In this document: piece by piece, positions 34,091 to 45,714 of the stretch | How positions within the stretch are numbered: the first letter of the stretch is position 1 | Layout of the letters: every line of letters begins with the position of its first letter | Assembly: GCA_951406725.2 (NCBI GenBank) | Contig: OX597829.1 | Span: 57,846,001-57,910,000, forward strand | Direction of reading: 5' to 3' | DNA length: 64,000 nt | Source of the DNA: Octopus vulgaris | Taxonomy: Eukaryota | The notes under the pieces: model-generated | The model's input: the letters and a program-made list of their open reading frames with translations, nothing else | Databases searched by the model: none | What the model was told of the DNA's origin: nothing | Translations under genes and position numbers: made by a program

Positions 34091-36180
34091 TGATGTTTGC
34101 TTAATTCCATAGTGAATTGGATGTTGGGATGTATGTTGTTTAGTATGGTTTTGAATTCCAGGAGTTTTTCATAAGGTTCTTTCCATATGATGATACCATC
34201 ATCCAAATACCTTTTCCAGTTTTCCTTTAGGTAGGTGTGGAAAACTTGTCCAAATTTCTGGCGTGATATTTCATGATATATTTCGTGATATCAAATATCA
34301 CGCCAGAAATTTGGACAAGTTTTCCACACCTACCTAAAGGAAAACTGGAAAAGGTATTTGGATGATTGTATCATCATATGGAAAGAACCTTATGAAAAAC
34401 TCCTGGAATTCAAAACCATACTAAACAACATACATCCCAACATCCAATTCACTATGGAATTAAGCAAACATCATCTACCATTCCTTGATCTCCTAATTAT
34501 AAAAACACCTAAGAACCAAATCATAACAGACATCTACCACAAACCCACAGACTCACAACAATACCTCCTCTTTAGTTCATGCCACCCAAAACACACCAAG
34601 ACAAATATCCCTTTCAATTTGGCTAAAAGGGTATGCACCATTGTCTCGGATCCAAAAACACGAGAAATACGCCTTCAAGACCTCAAAAAAACACTATTAC
34701 AACGCCAATATCCCTCCACCCTTATAGAGTATGGAATAAAACGCGCCAAAGAACTAGATAACATTACACTGAAAACTACCCAACCTAACACCACACACAA
34801 CCTCAAAATACTTCCATACATTTCCACCCACAACCCCAAAAATATCGAAGCATACACCACAATCATACAAAACCTCAGTCTACTGTCAACAGACCCAAAA
34901 ATGAAAAACATTATAAATACACACAAAATCCTCAAATGTAAAAGGCAACACAAATCTTTAAAAAACTCTTGACAAATGCCAAACTTCACACACCACATCC
35001 ACCCCCAGCAGTAAAAAAATATGCACGCCCAAACTGTGGGACATGCCCCCTCCTACTTGAAGGTTCTGAATTTACCTTCAAACAAGGTACGAAGTTTAAA
35101 ATCAAGACTAACTTCTCCTGTTCCTCCGAGAACCTTATCTACGTTCTCACATGCGCTGGTTGCCAACATAATTATGTTGGACAAACGAGTCTCCCGTTAC
35201 GTAAACGAGTAGCGGTGCATAAAGAACAAATAAATCTCTCGGAATACCGACAAATTCCACTGAGTGACCACTTAGACTCATGTGCTAAAGACTTAAACCC
35301 CAAATTCTATATATTCCCCTTCTACCAATGTAAAGACGGCATCACCACACAGGAGAGAATTAACAAGGAGAATCTCTTTATTGAAAAATTCCAAACACAA
35401 CTTAATATACAAACTCCTCGTTGATCAAACTTCCCTTTTCTACCTCACTCTTCATGGATGGACTAACACAAATATATAAGGATACCATGCATTCATCACT
35501 TCAAGCTAAAACTTATATTCTTTAAATATCATTTTTACTATTGTTGTTATTACCATCATCTTTATTATTTATGATATAACAATCTGAAATGCAATTATCT
35601 ATGCAAATTTATATAATTAGAAAATAATATAAATAAAGTGTTAAAATCTGAAAGTTAAATTAACAAATAATTATATAAAAAAGATAATGCAAATGAAGCT
35701 AAAATGACAATTTTATAATTTGGGGTTTATCAGCAGCTTTTATTGAAGAACTCAAAAGAGTTGTCTCCCCTTATTCACAACACAGGAACTGAAGAACCAC
35801 AATTACTACTACTTCCTGTTTTGCCAACATCCTAAATTAAACCAAACAACACATGGCCTTAATCCCTTTGGATCCTAATACCTCAAGGTAATTTTTTCGT
35901 GAACAATCATTAAACTCAAGATACACAACGAACTCACAATGTATCGGAGTACTTATTTTTTAATTTTTATACATATTTATTATTATTCTTTTGCAAAAAA
36001 CAATGCAACTTTTTTCCCCTTTCTCATTTTTAAAAAACCTTTTCACCTAACTATTCTTGATAAGTCAAACTATGACGAAAACCGGTTTGAATAAATATAT
36101 ATTTATATATTTTTTCATTTTCTCATTTCATAAAAATTTTCTTTCAATCGAGCATTCTGCATTTTTACAATTTTTCCTTG
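34091..36180 (+). mobile_element. Penelope-like element, 5'-truncated with 5' inversion: RT C-half, GIY-YIG, 3' region with hammerhead
   Basis: RYLDDC, LPFLDL, YHKPTDSQQYL, NLIYVLTCAGCQHNYVGQT..RVAVH. 34091-34271 is the reverse complement of 34292-34472. (TA)n on both sides. Confidence 0.93.
36052..36093 (+). ncRNA. Minimal type I hammerhead with U3-A8 core in the Penelope 3' end
   Basis: UAUUC-UUGAUAA-GUCA-aacua-UGAC-GAAA-ACCGGU-UU-GAAUA. Confidence 0.72.
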
Positions 36181-36214
36181 CTTATATATATATATATATA
36201 TATATATATGGATT

Positions 36215-36286
<72 letters not shown>

Positions 36287-36561
36287 TATATATATCAAAA
36301 GGCTTTGGTCGGCCCGAAGCTATAGTAGAAGATACTTGTTCAAGGTGCCACGCAGTGGGACTGAACTCGGAACCATGTGGTTGCTAAGCAAGCTACTTAC
36401 CACACAGCCACTCTTGCATCTATATATATATATATTTATTTAGAAGATAAGGGCAGAAGAAATATTCTAATGCCAAATATGTCGAAACAAAAAATTGTCG
36501 ATAACCATTATAATTTATGCGTCTCGAAACAAACCGATAGAAATCTCTAAAAAATTCGTTA

Positions 36562-36622
36562 TTACCGTATTGGTCCAATTTCGGGGTTAATTCATAAGAA
36601 ATTTTCCCCTCTTCAGCGGCAA
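36562..36622 (-). ncRNA. Type I hammerhead ribozyme
   Basis: UUGCCG-CUGAAGA-GGGG..CCCC-GAAA-UUGG a CCAA-UA-CGGUAA. Confidence 0.85.
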
Positions 36623-36779
36623 ATACCCGAGATATAAATCAAATACTTACTCGTACCCACGGAAAAAGCAAACACCAAGTCCCGAGCAGACTTAAGTACC
36701 CCAAATATATCCAAATAGAAAAATCTTCGGCGCACCTCAAGACACGTGTGATTCGAACTAGAAACTTTCACAGAGTGAT

Positions 36780-38411
36780 GGATTTTTCCTTTATTACCCA
36801 TAAAGGGCTACATAGAATGGACAGTACAAACATTGGGGACACAAAGCATCACAATTACATAAATATGGGTAAATGAATTACGAAAATGGTAAATGAAAGT
36901 GATGCTAACGGCCCCATTCCGCTAGCATCACTTACCTGTCCTTTGTGACTTGTCATCCGATATCATACCCAATGTAAAACCCTTCGCTCTCTATTTTTCT
37001 CCTGAATCTCTCTTCCAACTCCTTCACTATCTCATCCTTTACTTTCACCTTACTCACTTCCAAGTCTTCATTTTCACATCTCTCCATAAGCTCATCCATC
37101 TGTTCCTTTGGAACCTCTGCATATCTACAACCTTCCCTCTCACACCATTGATAGTCACTTATCATCTCTTTTGTGTCCTCTCTCCCCGCGATGCATAAAA
37201 TGTTGGGCTTGGGTTCTTGTTTGGTGTCTTGTCTGTGTGCATCTTTTTTCTGTTTTCTTGTTGGTGGGGAGTGGGTGGGTTCACTGTCTACAGGGGAAGG
37301 ATGGGACTCAGAGGGTGCGGGTGGTGTTGGGGTGGATTGGGGTTCAGTACTGTTTAACTTTCTCCTTCTTCTCTTTCTTTTTTTTCTTTCTTCTTCCCAT
37401 TCGTTCTGGGCCTCCTCTTCTGTTGTTTCCTTCTCCACTGGATTCCGTTCTTCTTCTTTATTCTCAAACTCTCTTTGGGGTTCCATAACAATTTCCTTTG
37501 GTGGGGGAGAGCAGTTAGCTCTTATGTGGCCTCTCAGGCCACACTTGTAACAGTGCGGGGCTCTGCCCTCCACCCACACTCTCATGATGATATTTCCCAT
37601 TCTTATGTTTTCAGTTAGCCTTTCCAGCGTTTCAGCCTCCGCTTGCACATTCATATCTAGAGTAGCACCCCTCCAGCCTTCATATTTTATGGTAGCATGG
37701 AGGATGTCCACCTCTTCTTCACATCCTTTGATTACCGCTGCCGCTATCCATTCGCCTTCTATATGTGGGGGTATTCCCTCCACCCTGATTCGAGTGGTTT
37801 TCCTGTTCAAATATGAGGGTAGAAGGAATACCTTCTCCGTTTCCACTGCTTTGGCTGCCATTTTTCTTGCAACGTTTTCACTCCTAAATTGAACCATCAC
37901 CGTGCCAAATTCCATGCCTCTTGTCAAATAAATAATTTCTTCCTCTGTTCTTTTCAACGCTTCTTCAATGAATTCCATGCTGACTATTTCTATTCTTTTG
38001 TTTCCGTTTGCATATACTCTGTACTTGATTGTCCTGCGATCGAACTACTCACCACGCTTTATTGGTGGTGACAATTCGGCTTCGCCGCCTTCCTTTTCTA
38101 TAAATTCCTGAAAGCCTGGCAACTTGACCAGGTCTACCTCTCTTTCTCCCGACTTCTTCGTCACTCCTGCATACGTATTACCAAGCCTTTCATCCATCTT
38201 CTTCACTGCCTTTTCTAGTTCCTCTTCGGAAGTCGACAACTCCGATAAACTTTCAAACAATCCTTGTCCGACCATCGCCTCCCGTTAGGGAGGAGCAGTC
38301 CATTTTCTCCTTGTCTGTCTCAACGCAGACAGACAACAGCCAAAGACCAAAAACCGTATAACAAAACGTTCAACAATAATTCAACAATAAATAATCAGCA
38401 ACTTACAGTAA
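36780..38411 (-). mobile_element. ORF1-only Tx1-type element E3 (gag-like zinc knuckle protein)
   Basis: 341-aa ORF 36953-37978 with CYKCGLRGHIRANC and FLLPSYLNRKTTRIRV (like E1/E2), upstream piece 38045-38275, 3' AATAAA, 38-bp flanking duplication. Confidence 0.85.
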
Positions 38412-38782
38412 ACATGTGTGGTTCGAACAAGAAACTTTCACAGAGTGATAGAATCCGGAAGTGAACACTAATCTATTTATAATTAATATAGGATAAAAAA
38501 TTTTTCGGGGAAAAAAATGTTATCAATGGCCAGCATATCAAAAAATGCCTTTAAAGGTAAAATTTATACATAATTTACAAGATAAGGGCAGAAAATTTCT
38601 TATGAATTAACCCCGAAATTGAACCAATACGGTAATAGCGAATTTTTTAGAGATTTCTATCGGTTTGTTTCGAGACACATAAATTATAATGGTTATCGAC
38701 AATTTTTTGTTTCGGCATATTTGGCATTAGAATATTTCTTCTGCCCTTATCTTGTAAATATATATATATATATATATATATG

Positions 38783-38871
<89 letters not shown>

Positions 38872-39101
38872 ATAAAATATTAGGGAATAAATCCAAACTT
38901 ACAGGGAAAAATCAGATTTAGGATTAAATCCAATTTTATAGTATAAATATATTATATTATATTATATTAAATTAGAGATAAAACCACTATTAGGCAAATC
39001 AAACAATGAAAAACATAAGCCAATGCATAAAATTAATTTAATTTATATTATTTTAAATATATATCAAAAGTATTAAAAGTTTAATAAAAGATAAAGAGTA
39101 A

Positions 39102-39196
39102 AACACTACGATCGTTTCATGGCTGTACAATTCGAATAACAATAATTTAAATTCAATTAATAATTCGAGTTATGGTTACAGTCAATCTTCAGGTTA
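39102..39196 (-). ncRNA. Degenerate hammerhead (relative of the 19224 family)
   Basis: CUGAAGA-uUGACUGUA..UACAGCCAu-GAAA-CGAUCG-UA, with weak stem I. Confidence 0.55.
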
Positions 39197-39849
39197 ATTG
39201 AAATATCTAAAAAATAATCAGAAATATTTAAATAATATTTTTAAGATATAAATAATATAATAATTTTACTTATAATAAACTCTATTATCAAACTAGAAAC
39301 ATAAAACTTAACAATTATGATTATATCAAAATCGACTATAATGTTAAATATTAATTTTAATTTATAAGGTAGGAAACCCACCAATAATCTAATATCGGTA
39401 TTAATCTATATCTAATTACATAAATATTTAAAAATGACTATTATATATAAATTATCAATGAAAATATATAAATGTATATATATATTATAATTAAGATCTA
39501 AAATAATCTCTATAAATAAATATATATGCACATATAATAATAATAAAAACCTAATAAATTAATTTTTCATATTTAAAGATGAAATAGCTAATTTCAAAAA
39601 TACAAACAAACAAACTTAAACGAACTTACGGAGATCTTATGTAAAATACTTATAGAAATAATCAATTCGTAGTAATATAGTATCAAATAAATACTATAAA
39701 TACTATAAATATAATTATCAATGGGAATAACTAGCGAATATCAATTTTAAAAGACAATAACTAAGTTATGCTATTAAATTAGACATGGCCTGGTCCAATC
39801 TTTAGTCGAAACATATCTAAGTTTATCAAAGTTTATCAAATTTAATATA

Positions 39850-40079
39850 TATATATTACGTTATATAATTAAGGTTCAGTAAAAACATTTACTTTACCAC
39901 ACACAGAACTTTTAGCTGCTATTTCTAAAAGTTTGGTGTGTGGCAAAGTAAATTATTTTACTGAACCCTAATCATATAACGTAATGTTTTAAATATACCG
40001 TAAATGGTCTTTTTACATACTGAACACTACTTGGTAAAATTATTAATTAATAATTAATTAATTTTACCAATTTATTATT

Positions 40080-40082
<3 letters not shown>
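39850..40082. repeat. Diverged fold-back fragment related to the end of the 15620-16853 family
   Basis: Shares CTGCTATTTCTAAA..GGTGTG..TTTTACAT..ACTACTTGGT. Internal inversion, TA-flanked. Confidence 0.6.
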
Positions 40083-40145
<63 letters not shown>

Positions 40146-40360
40146 ATGTATTTTTGTATGTCTGTGTTTGTCCCCCCACCCAACATCGCTTGACAACCGA
40201 TGGTGGTGTGTTTACGTCGCCGTAATTTAGCGGTTCGGCAAAAGATATCGATAGAATAAGTACTAGGCTTACAAAGAATAAGTCCTGGGGTTGATTTGTT
40301 CGACTAAAACGCGTTGCTCCAGCATGGCCGCAGTCAAACGACTGAAACAAGTAAAAGAGA

Positions 40361-40396
<36 letters not shown>

Positions 40397-40722
40397 TATA
40401 TATAATGCTAAACGTCGCCCTTTCAAGCCTAGCCAGGCTCATGGGCCCGGTTTCCCGGTTTCTACGGCATATGTGTTCCCCCCAGCCGGACAGGACGCCA
40501 GTCCTTTGCATCATTACTCAAGATGGAGTGAGAGAAAGTTGTGGCGAAAGAGTACAACAGCAGGTCGCCATCACACCATGCCGGAGCCTCGTGGAGCCTT
40601 TTTAGGTGTTTTCGCTCAATAAACACACACATCGCCCGGTCTGGGAATCGAAACCGCGATCCTCCGACTGCATGTCCGCTGCCCTAACCACTGGGCCATT
40701 GCGCTTCCACACACAGACACAC

Positions 40723-40753
<31 letters not shown>

Positions 40754-40773
40754 CATATATATATATACATACA

Positions 40774-40804
<31 letters not shown>

Positions 40805-41121
40805 TTATATATATATATAATACTAACTGCAAGTTTAAACGACGTAGTAGTAATCTCTCATTCCAAACGAACCCTGATTTGGGGTGGGCATGGCTAGATT
40901 TCACCTATTTTTTTTATATTAACACAAACAAAATAAATAAAGCGTTTCGTATTTCGTTACAAACAAACGCTATATCGCCTTGGGAATTGTTATCCAAGAT
41001 CGTGTGTGTATATATGGGTGTATATGTGTGTGTGTGCGCGCGCGCGCGTGTAAATGTGTGTAAGCATACATACGCACGCACGCTCACCCACACACAAACC
41101 TACACACAGAGACACACACAC

Positions 41122-41163
<42 letters not shown>

Positions 41164-41229
41164 ATTCCTGGTATCTGAAATAGGGAGCAATCAATTCCTT
41201 TTATCATCGTCATCGTCATCATTATTTGT

Positions 41230-41626
41230 TTTACTTGTTTCAGTCATTTGACTGCGGCCATGCTGGAGCAACGCGTTTTAGTCGAGCAAATCGACCCCAG
41301 GACTTATTCTTTGTAAGCCTAGTACTTATTCTATCGGTTCTCTTTTGCCGAACTGCTAAGTTACGGGGACGTAAACACACCAGCATCGGTTGTCAAGCGA
41401 TGTTGGGTGGGGGGACAAACACAGGCACACAAACATATACACACACATATATATACATATATACGACAAGCTTCTTTCAGTTTCCGTCTCCCAAATCCAC
41501 TCACAAGGCTTTGGTCGGCCCGAGGCTATAGGAGAAGACACATGCCCAAGGTGCCACGCAGTGGGATTGAACCCGGAACCATGTGGTTCGTAAGCAAGCT
41601 ACGTACCACACAGCCACTCCTACGCC

Positions 41627-41628
<2 letters not shown>
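41230..41628 (-). mobile_element. SINE-A, full length
   Basis: Family alignment. Another 3' half lies at 40150-40360 (+). Confidence 0.88.
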
Positions 41629-41674
<46 letters not shown>

Positions 41675-41678
<4 letters not shown>

Positions 41679-42221
41679 TGAGAGAGCAGTTCATGCCATC
41701 AAAGTGACACTGGGGTAAAATATACGAAGCCCAGTATACCCATCATGAATACCCATCTGATAAGGGTACACTAGGCACATGCATCACAATCACATTTGCG
41801 CGACATGGTGATCTCATATCAAGATAAACAGCACATGACCTTGCAGGTGGGGCCCAGTTAGAATTTTCTTCAGGTTGAGTAGCCCATCCCGCTCAAACGG
41901 TCCCTGAATAAGGGTTGTTTAAGGATGTTGAAAGAACCACCCATGTTTCCAGAGGTGAACTATTCAAATCCCAAAGAATCCCTCTCAACACATGGCTATG
42001 ATGCTCCCCCACTACTTCTGCTAGTGATCAGAGATGCACATATCGTCAGCCACTAAGGGACATGCTCAACTGGTTAAGGTCAAACAACTGACCAGCAAAT
42101 CTGTGGTATTGAGAAGAATATTTGCTGTTAACCCATCTTTTATACTAAGACAAAACAATGTACAGGATAACACTTCCAATCAGTTAAGATCAAGACCCAT
42201 GAGAGCCACTGCCAGGTACTG

Positions 42222-42222
<1 letters not shown>
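41675..42222. mobile_element. 550-bp non-coding repeat bounded by (ATT)n on both sides
   Basis: Second copy at 8221-9641. Confidence 0.8.
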
Positions 42223-42258
<36 letters not shown>

Positions 42259-44010
42259 TTATTTATGCGCCCTTTTCAAGCCTAGCCAGGCTCATGGGCC
42301 CGGTTTCCCGGTTTCTGTGACGTATGTGTTCCCCCCAGCTGGACGGGACGCCAGTCCACCGCAGCGTCACTCAATAAACGGGGAAAAAAAGTGAGATAAA
42401 GTTGAGGCGAAAGAGTACAACAGGGGTCGCCACCATCCCCTGCCGGAGCCTCGTGGAGCTTTTAGGTGCTTTCACTCAATAAACATACACAACGCCCGGT
42501 CTGGGAATCGAAACCGCGATCCTCCAACCGCGAGTCCGCTGCCCTAACCACTGGGCTATTGCGCCCCCCATTATTATTATTAATAATATCACTATTATTA
42601 TTTAAAAGTAGTTTTGCTTCGGCCGTATGCGACTTAAGACTTTCATACGCTCCTTATACGGAAACGTCCATTCTTAACACAACCAAACTTTCTTACCACG
42701 ACCACCCCCTATCACTACGTTTACATCGCCAAAAAATATTTCGTCTCTACGTAATAATCCCTCGCAAATTTCACAAAAATAAACTCACCCACCCACCGCA
42801 ACCGCCTTGGGTCTTATCGCTGAAAATCTCTGTGAAAAACAAACAAATATTTTCATTGCATTCTTTTACGAGAAAACGAACAAACAATTTTCTCTTTTAT
42901 TCAACAATTAAGTTTTTAAAATCCTTAATATATTTAAATTCCTCCAACGTGGGTTATCTGCGCAGATCAGAACAAAATCTCAAATATTTAATCATTTTGC
43001 GATCTTTGCGTATGTTTTCCTCGTGTTATCTGTTCAAAGTATATCTTTGTTTTCGACGAAAGATACTTGAGGTTAATACAGGAAAACAACTCAAATATTT
43101 TTTCTTATTTATCAAGTATTACGTTTGACTAATGTGGGCGTTTGTGATCATTCTGTAGTGAATCTTGCATGCATGAAGTGGATTCGATCCACCACAGTCA
43201 AATTTAAATTAACACTGCAACAGAACTTTTCCCACGGTGGAACAATGGTTTTCCTCTGACAGCAGTTTTACATTTTCCAGATGCCTTTAGCTGGGCCGAA
43301 ATAATGCCTTCACCACTTGACCCTTTCTAACCTCTTCTACTTCACCAAAAGCTAGAATAGAGATAACAAGACCACCAACTAAATCTATTGTTCTCAATGA
43401 TATATCTATCCTTCTGGATCTTAATAAAAGCAAGCACATCTCAAGCAAAAATCAGTCAGTCACCACTCTGTGATGACTCAACGTGGTCTGGCTGACCAAC
43501 ATTGGTCAGAGGGAGAAATGAAGTTTATTGTCAGCAACTGTCAGACAACACCCTACAATTCTTTCTAGCTCTAATTCTGTTCTCTTACAAAATCATTCTA
43601 TCTCTCTCTGTATGTACTACTAAACAATGAAGAGGACACAAACACAAACTTTACTTTGCATGCTTTTGGATGTATCAAAACCTGCCCATCGAGACAAGGT
43701 ATTTATAACGTAACGGTAAATAAATACTTTCTTAAAACTTCATGCATTATTCATCTTTCTCATCTTACAACATGCAATTATGACAACAAAACTCTTATCG
43801 TCACAACAACTGACTACGACATCATCAATATCATATTGTTTACAAATCAATTTCTCTCGTTTCAACTAAAATTCGATACCGTTACAATTCCATGCTGACA
43901 TGGTTTGGACGGTTTGATAATAACTGGTCTACAGGCACGCACGATTAAGAATGCTCAGTTGGAGATGGTTGCAAGCGACGAGTCTATATGCAAGGGCAAC
44001 TACATTTTTA

Positions 44011-45200
44011 TCAGGTCATCCCATAAGTTCTGTCCGAATTTTGAATACAGAAAACAAGAGATCAAATGTTATATTTAATTGAAAGTTAATCATCAATGAA
44101 CTTTCCCTGATTATCTATGACTTCCTTCCATCTATTTACAAGCTTTTTAATTCCAACAATGTAAAATTCTTTTGGTTTTAAAGCGAAGAACTCTGAAATG
44201 TCAGTTTTGACCTTGTCCTTGCTTGCGAAAATTATGCCCCCCAAATGATTCTGTAAACTACGAAACAAATGGTAGTCTGAAGGAGAAAGGTTAGGAGAAT
44301 AAGGTATAAGGTAGATGAGGAATTTTTCCCAACCAAGCTCTTCGATCTTCTGTGATGTGATCTTTGCACTGTGGGGTCGCGCATTGTCCTGATGAAGTAT
44401 CAATCCTTTTCGATTCACTAAAGTGGGTCCTTATTTCTTCAAAGCCTGGTTCAAACTCTCTAATTGCTGACAGTAGACTTGAGCATTGATTGTTGCATTA
44501 GGTGGTAACAATTCAGAGTGAATTACTCCTTTGTAATCCCACCAGATAGAGAGAAGAACCTTTTTCCCATGAAGTTCCCTTCTCGGTTGTGGTTGCGCTT
44601 TTTCCCTTTTACCAAGCCACTGTTTACGACGTTTAACATTTCGATAGAAGATCCATTTTTCTTCACCAGTCACAATTCTATCCAAAAAGGGTGAAATGAG
44701 TTGGCGAGAATTGAGAGAAGAGCAGATGTCAACTCGGGATTTGCAGTTGCTTTCGGACAATTCATGAGGCACACATTTTCCAAGATTAGGAACCTTTCCA
44801 AGTTGTTGAAGATGACGATGAACAGTTGTATGGTTTGAACTAAGATTTATTGTCAATTCTTCAACTGATAATTCAGGATTTTCTTCAAGTAATGCCTCAA
44901 GGAGCTTATCATCACACTCAACCTGACGTCCTGTTCGATCTTCATCTTCAAGGCTGAAATCTCTACTTCTGAATCTTGCAAACCATCTTCTGCAACTTCT
45001 TTCATTCAAGCATTCTTTCCCATAAACTGAGTGTATGTTTCGAGTCGCTTCGACTGCAGAGTTTCTATTTTTGTACTCATAAAGCATTATGTGCCTTAAA
45101 TACACTTTGGATACTTCCATGTTAGAAAGGGTTTTAATCAAAGAAATTTTAATTCTATTATTCTGTAAAATATTTCATTAGTTTAAATGTACACAAACGC
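44011..45200 (-). mobile_element. Decayed mariner transposon (transposase 45141 to 44086)
   Basis: VPHELS, IVTGEEKWI, HQDNARPH, YSPNLSPSDYHLF. The left end TA-TCAGGTCATCCCATAAGTT is TIR-like. Confidence 0.92.
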
Positions 45201-45206
45201 ATAAAC

Positions 45207-45706
45207 AGGTATAATTACCAATACAGGAATATGTATCATACATCAAAATGAAGCTGGTCCTCTGTGGATCACATCCCTACTTCTCAACATAGTCACCATT
45301 TCTCTCAATAGCAATGTTCCATCTTCGAATGAGAGCATGTACAAGGGTGAGTCAAAAAGTAATGCCATTTTGTTTAGGACAGGTATAATTGCCAACACAG
45401 GAACATGTATCATACATCAAAATGAAGCTGGTCCTCTGTGGATCACATCCCTACTTCGCAACATAGTCACCATTTCTCTCAATAGCAAATGTTTGCATCC
45501 CAAACCCTCTTTCGTGGGGCCAAAGAGATGATAGTCTGAAGGCGCTAAAATAAGCTGGTCCTCTGTGGATCACATCCCTACTTCTCAACATAGTCACCAT
45601 TTCTCTCAATAGCAATGTTCCACCTTCGAATGAGAGCATGTGCGAGGGTGAGTCAAAAAGTAATGCCATTTTGTCTAGGACAGGTATAATTACCAACAAA
45701 GGAACG
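45207..45706. repeat. Tandem reiteration (about 174-bp unit) of a mariner terminus
   Basis: AAGCTGGTCCTCTGTGGATCAC occurs three times. Same sequence as 33707-33880. Confidence 0.85.
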
Positions 45707-45714
45707 TTGATGGG

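Larger units (their letters stand above)
36444..38757 (-). mobile_element. Hammerhead element of the 480-bp family (monomer plus inverted tail), interrupted by E3
   Basis: Begins and ends with AAGATAAGGGCAGAA (about 36444 and 38579). 38591-38755 is an inverted copy. Confidence 0.82.

Noticed and set aside
38591-38635. Plus-strand hammerhead
   Set aside because: Only the 3' half is present. The CUGANGA strand was lost at the inversion junction.
42466-43128. 220-aa ORF
   Set aside because: It starts in an antisense SINE and continues through AT-rich sequence with no domain signature.
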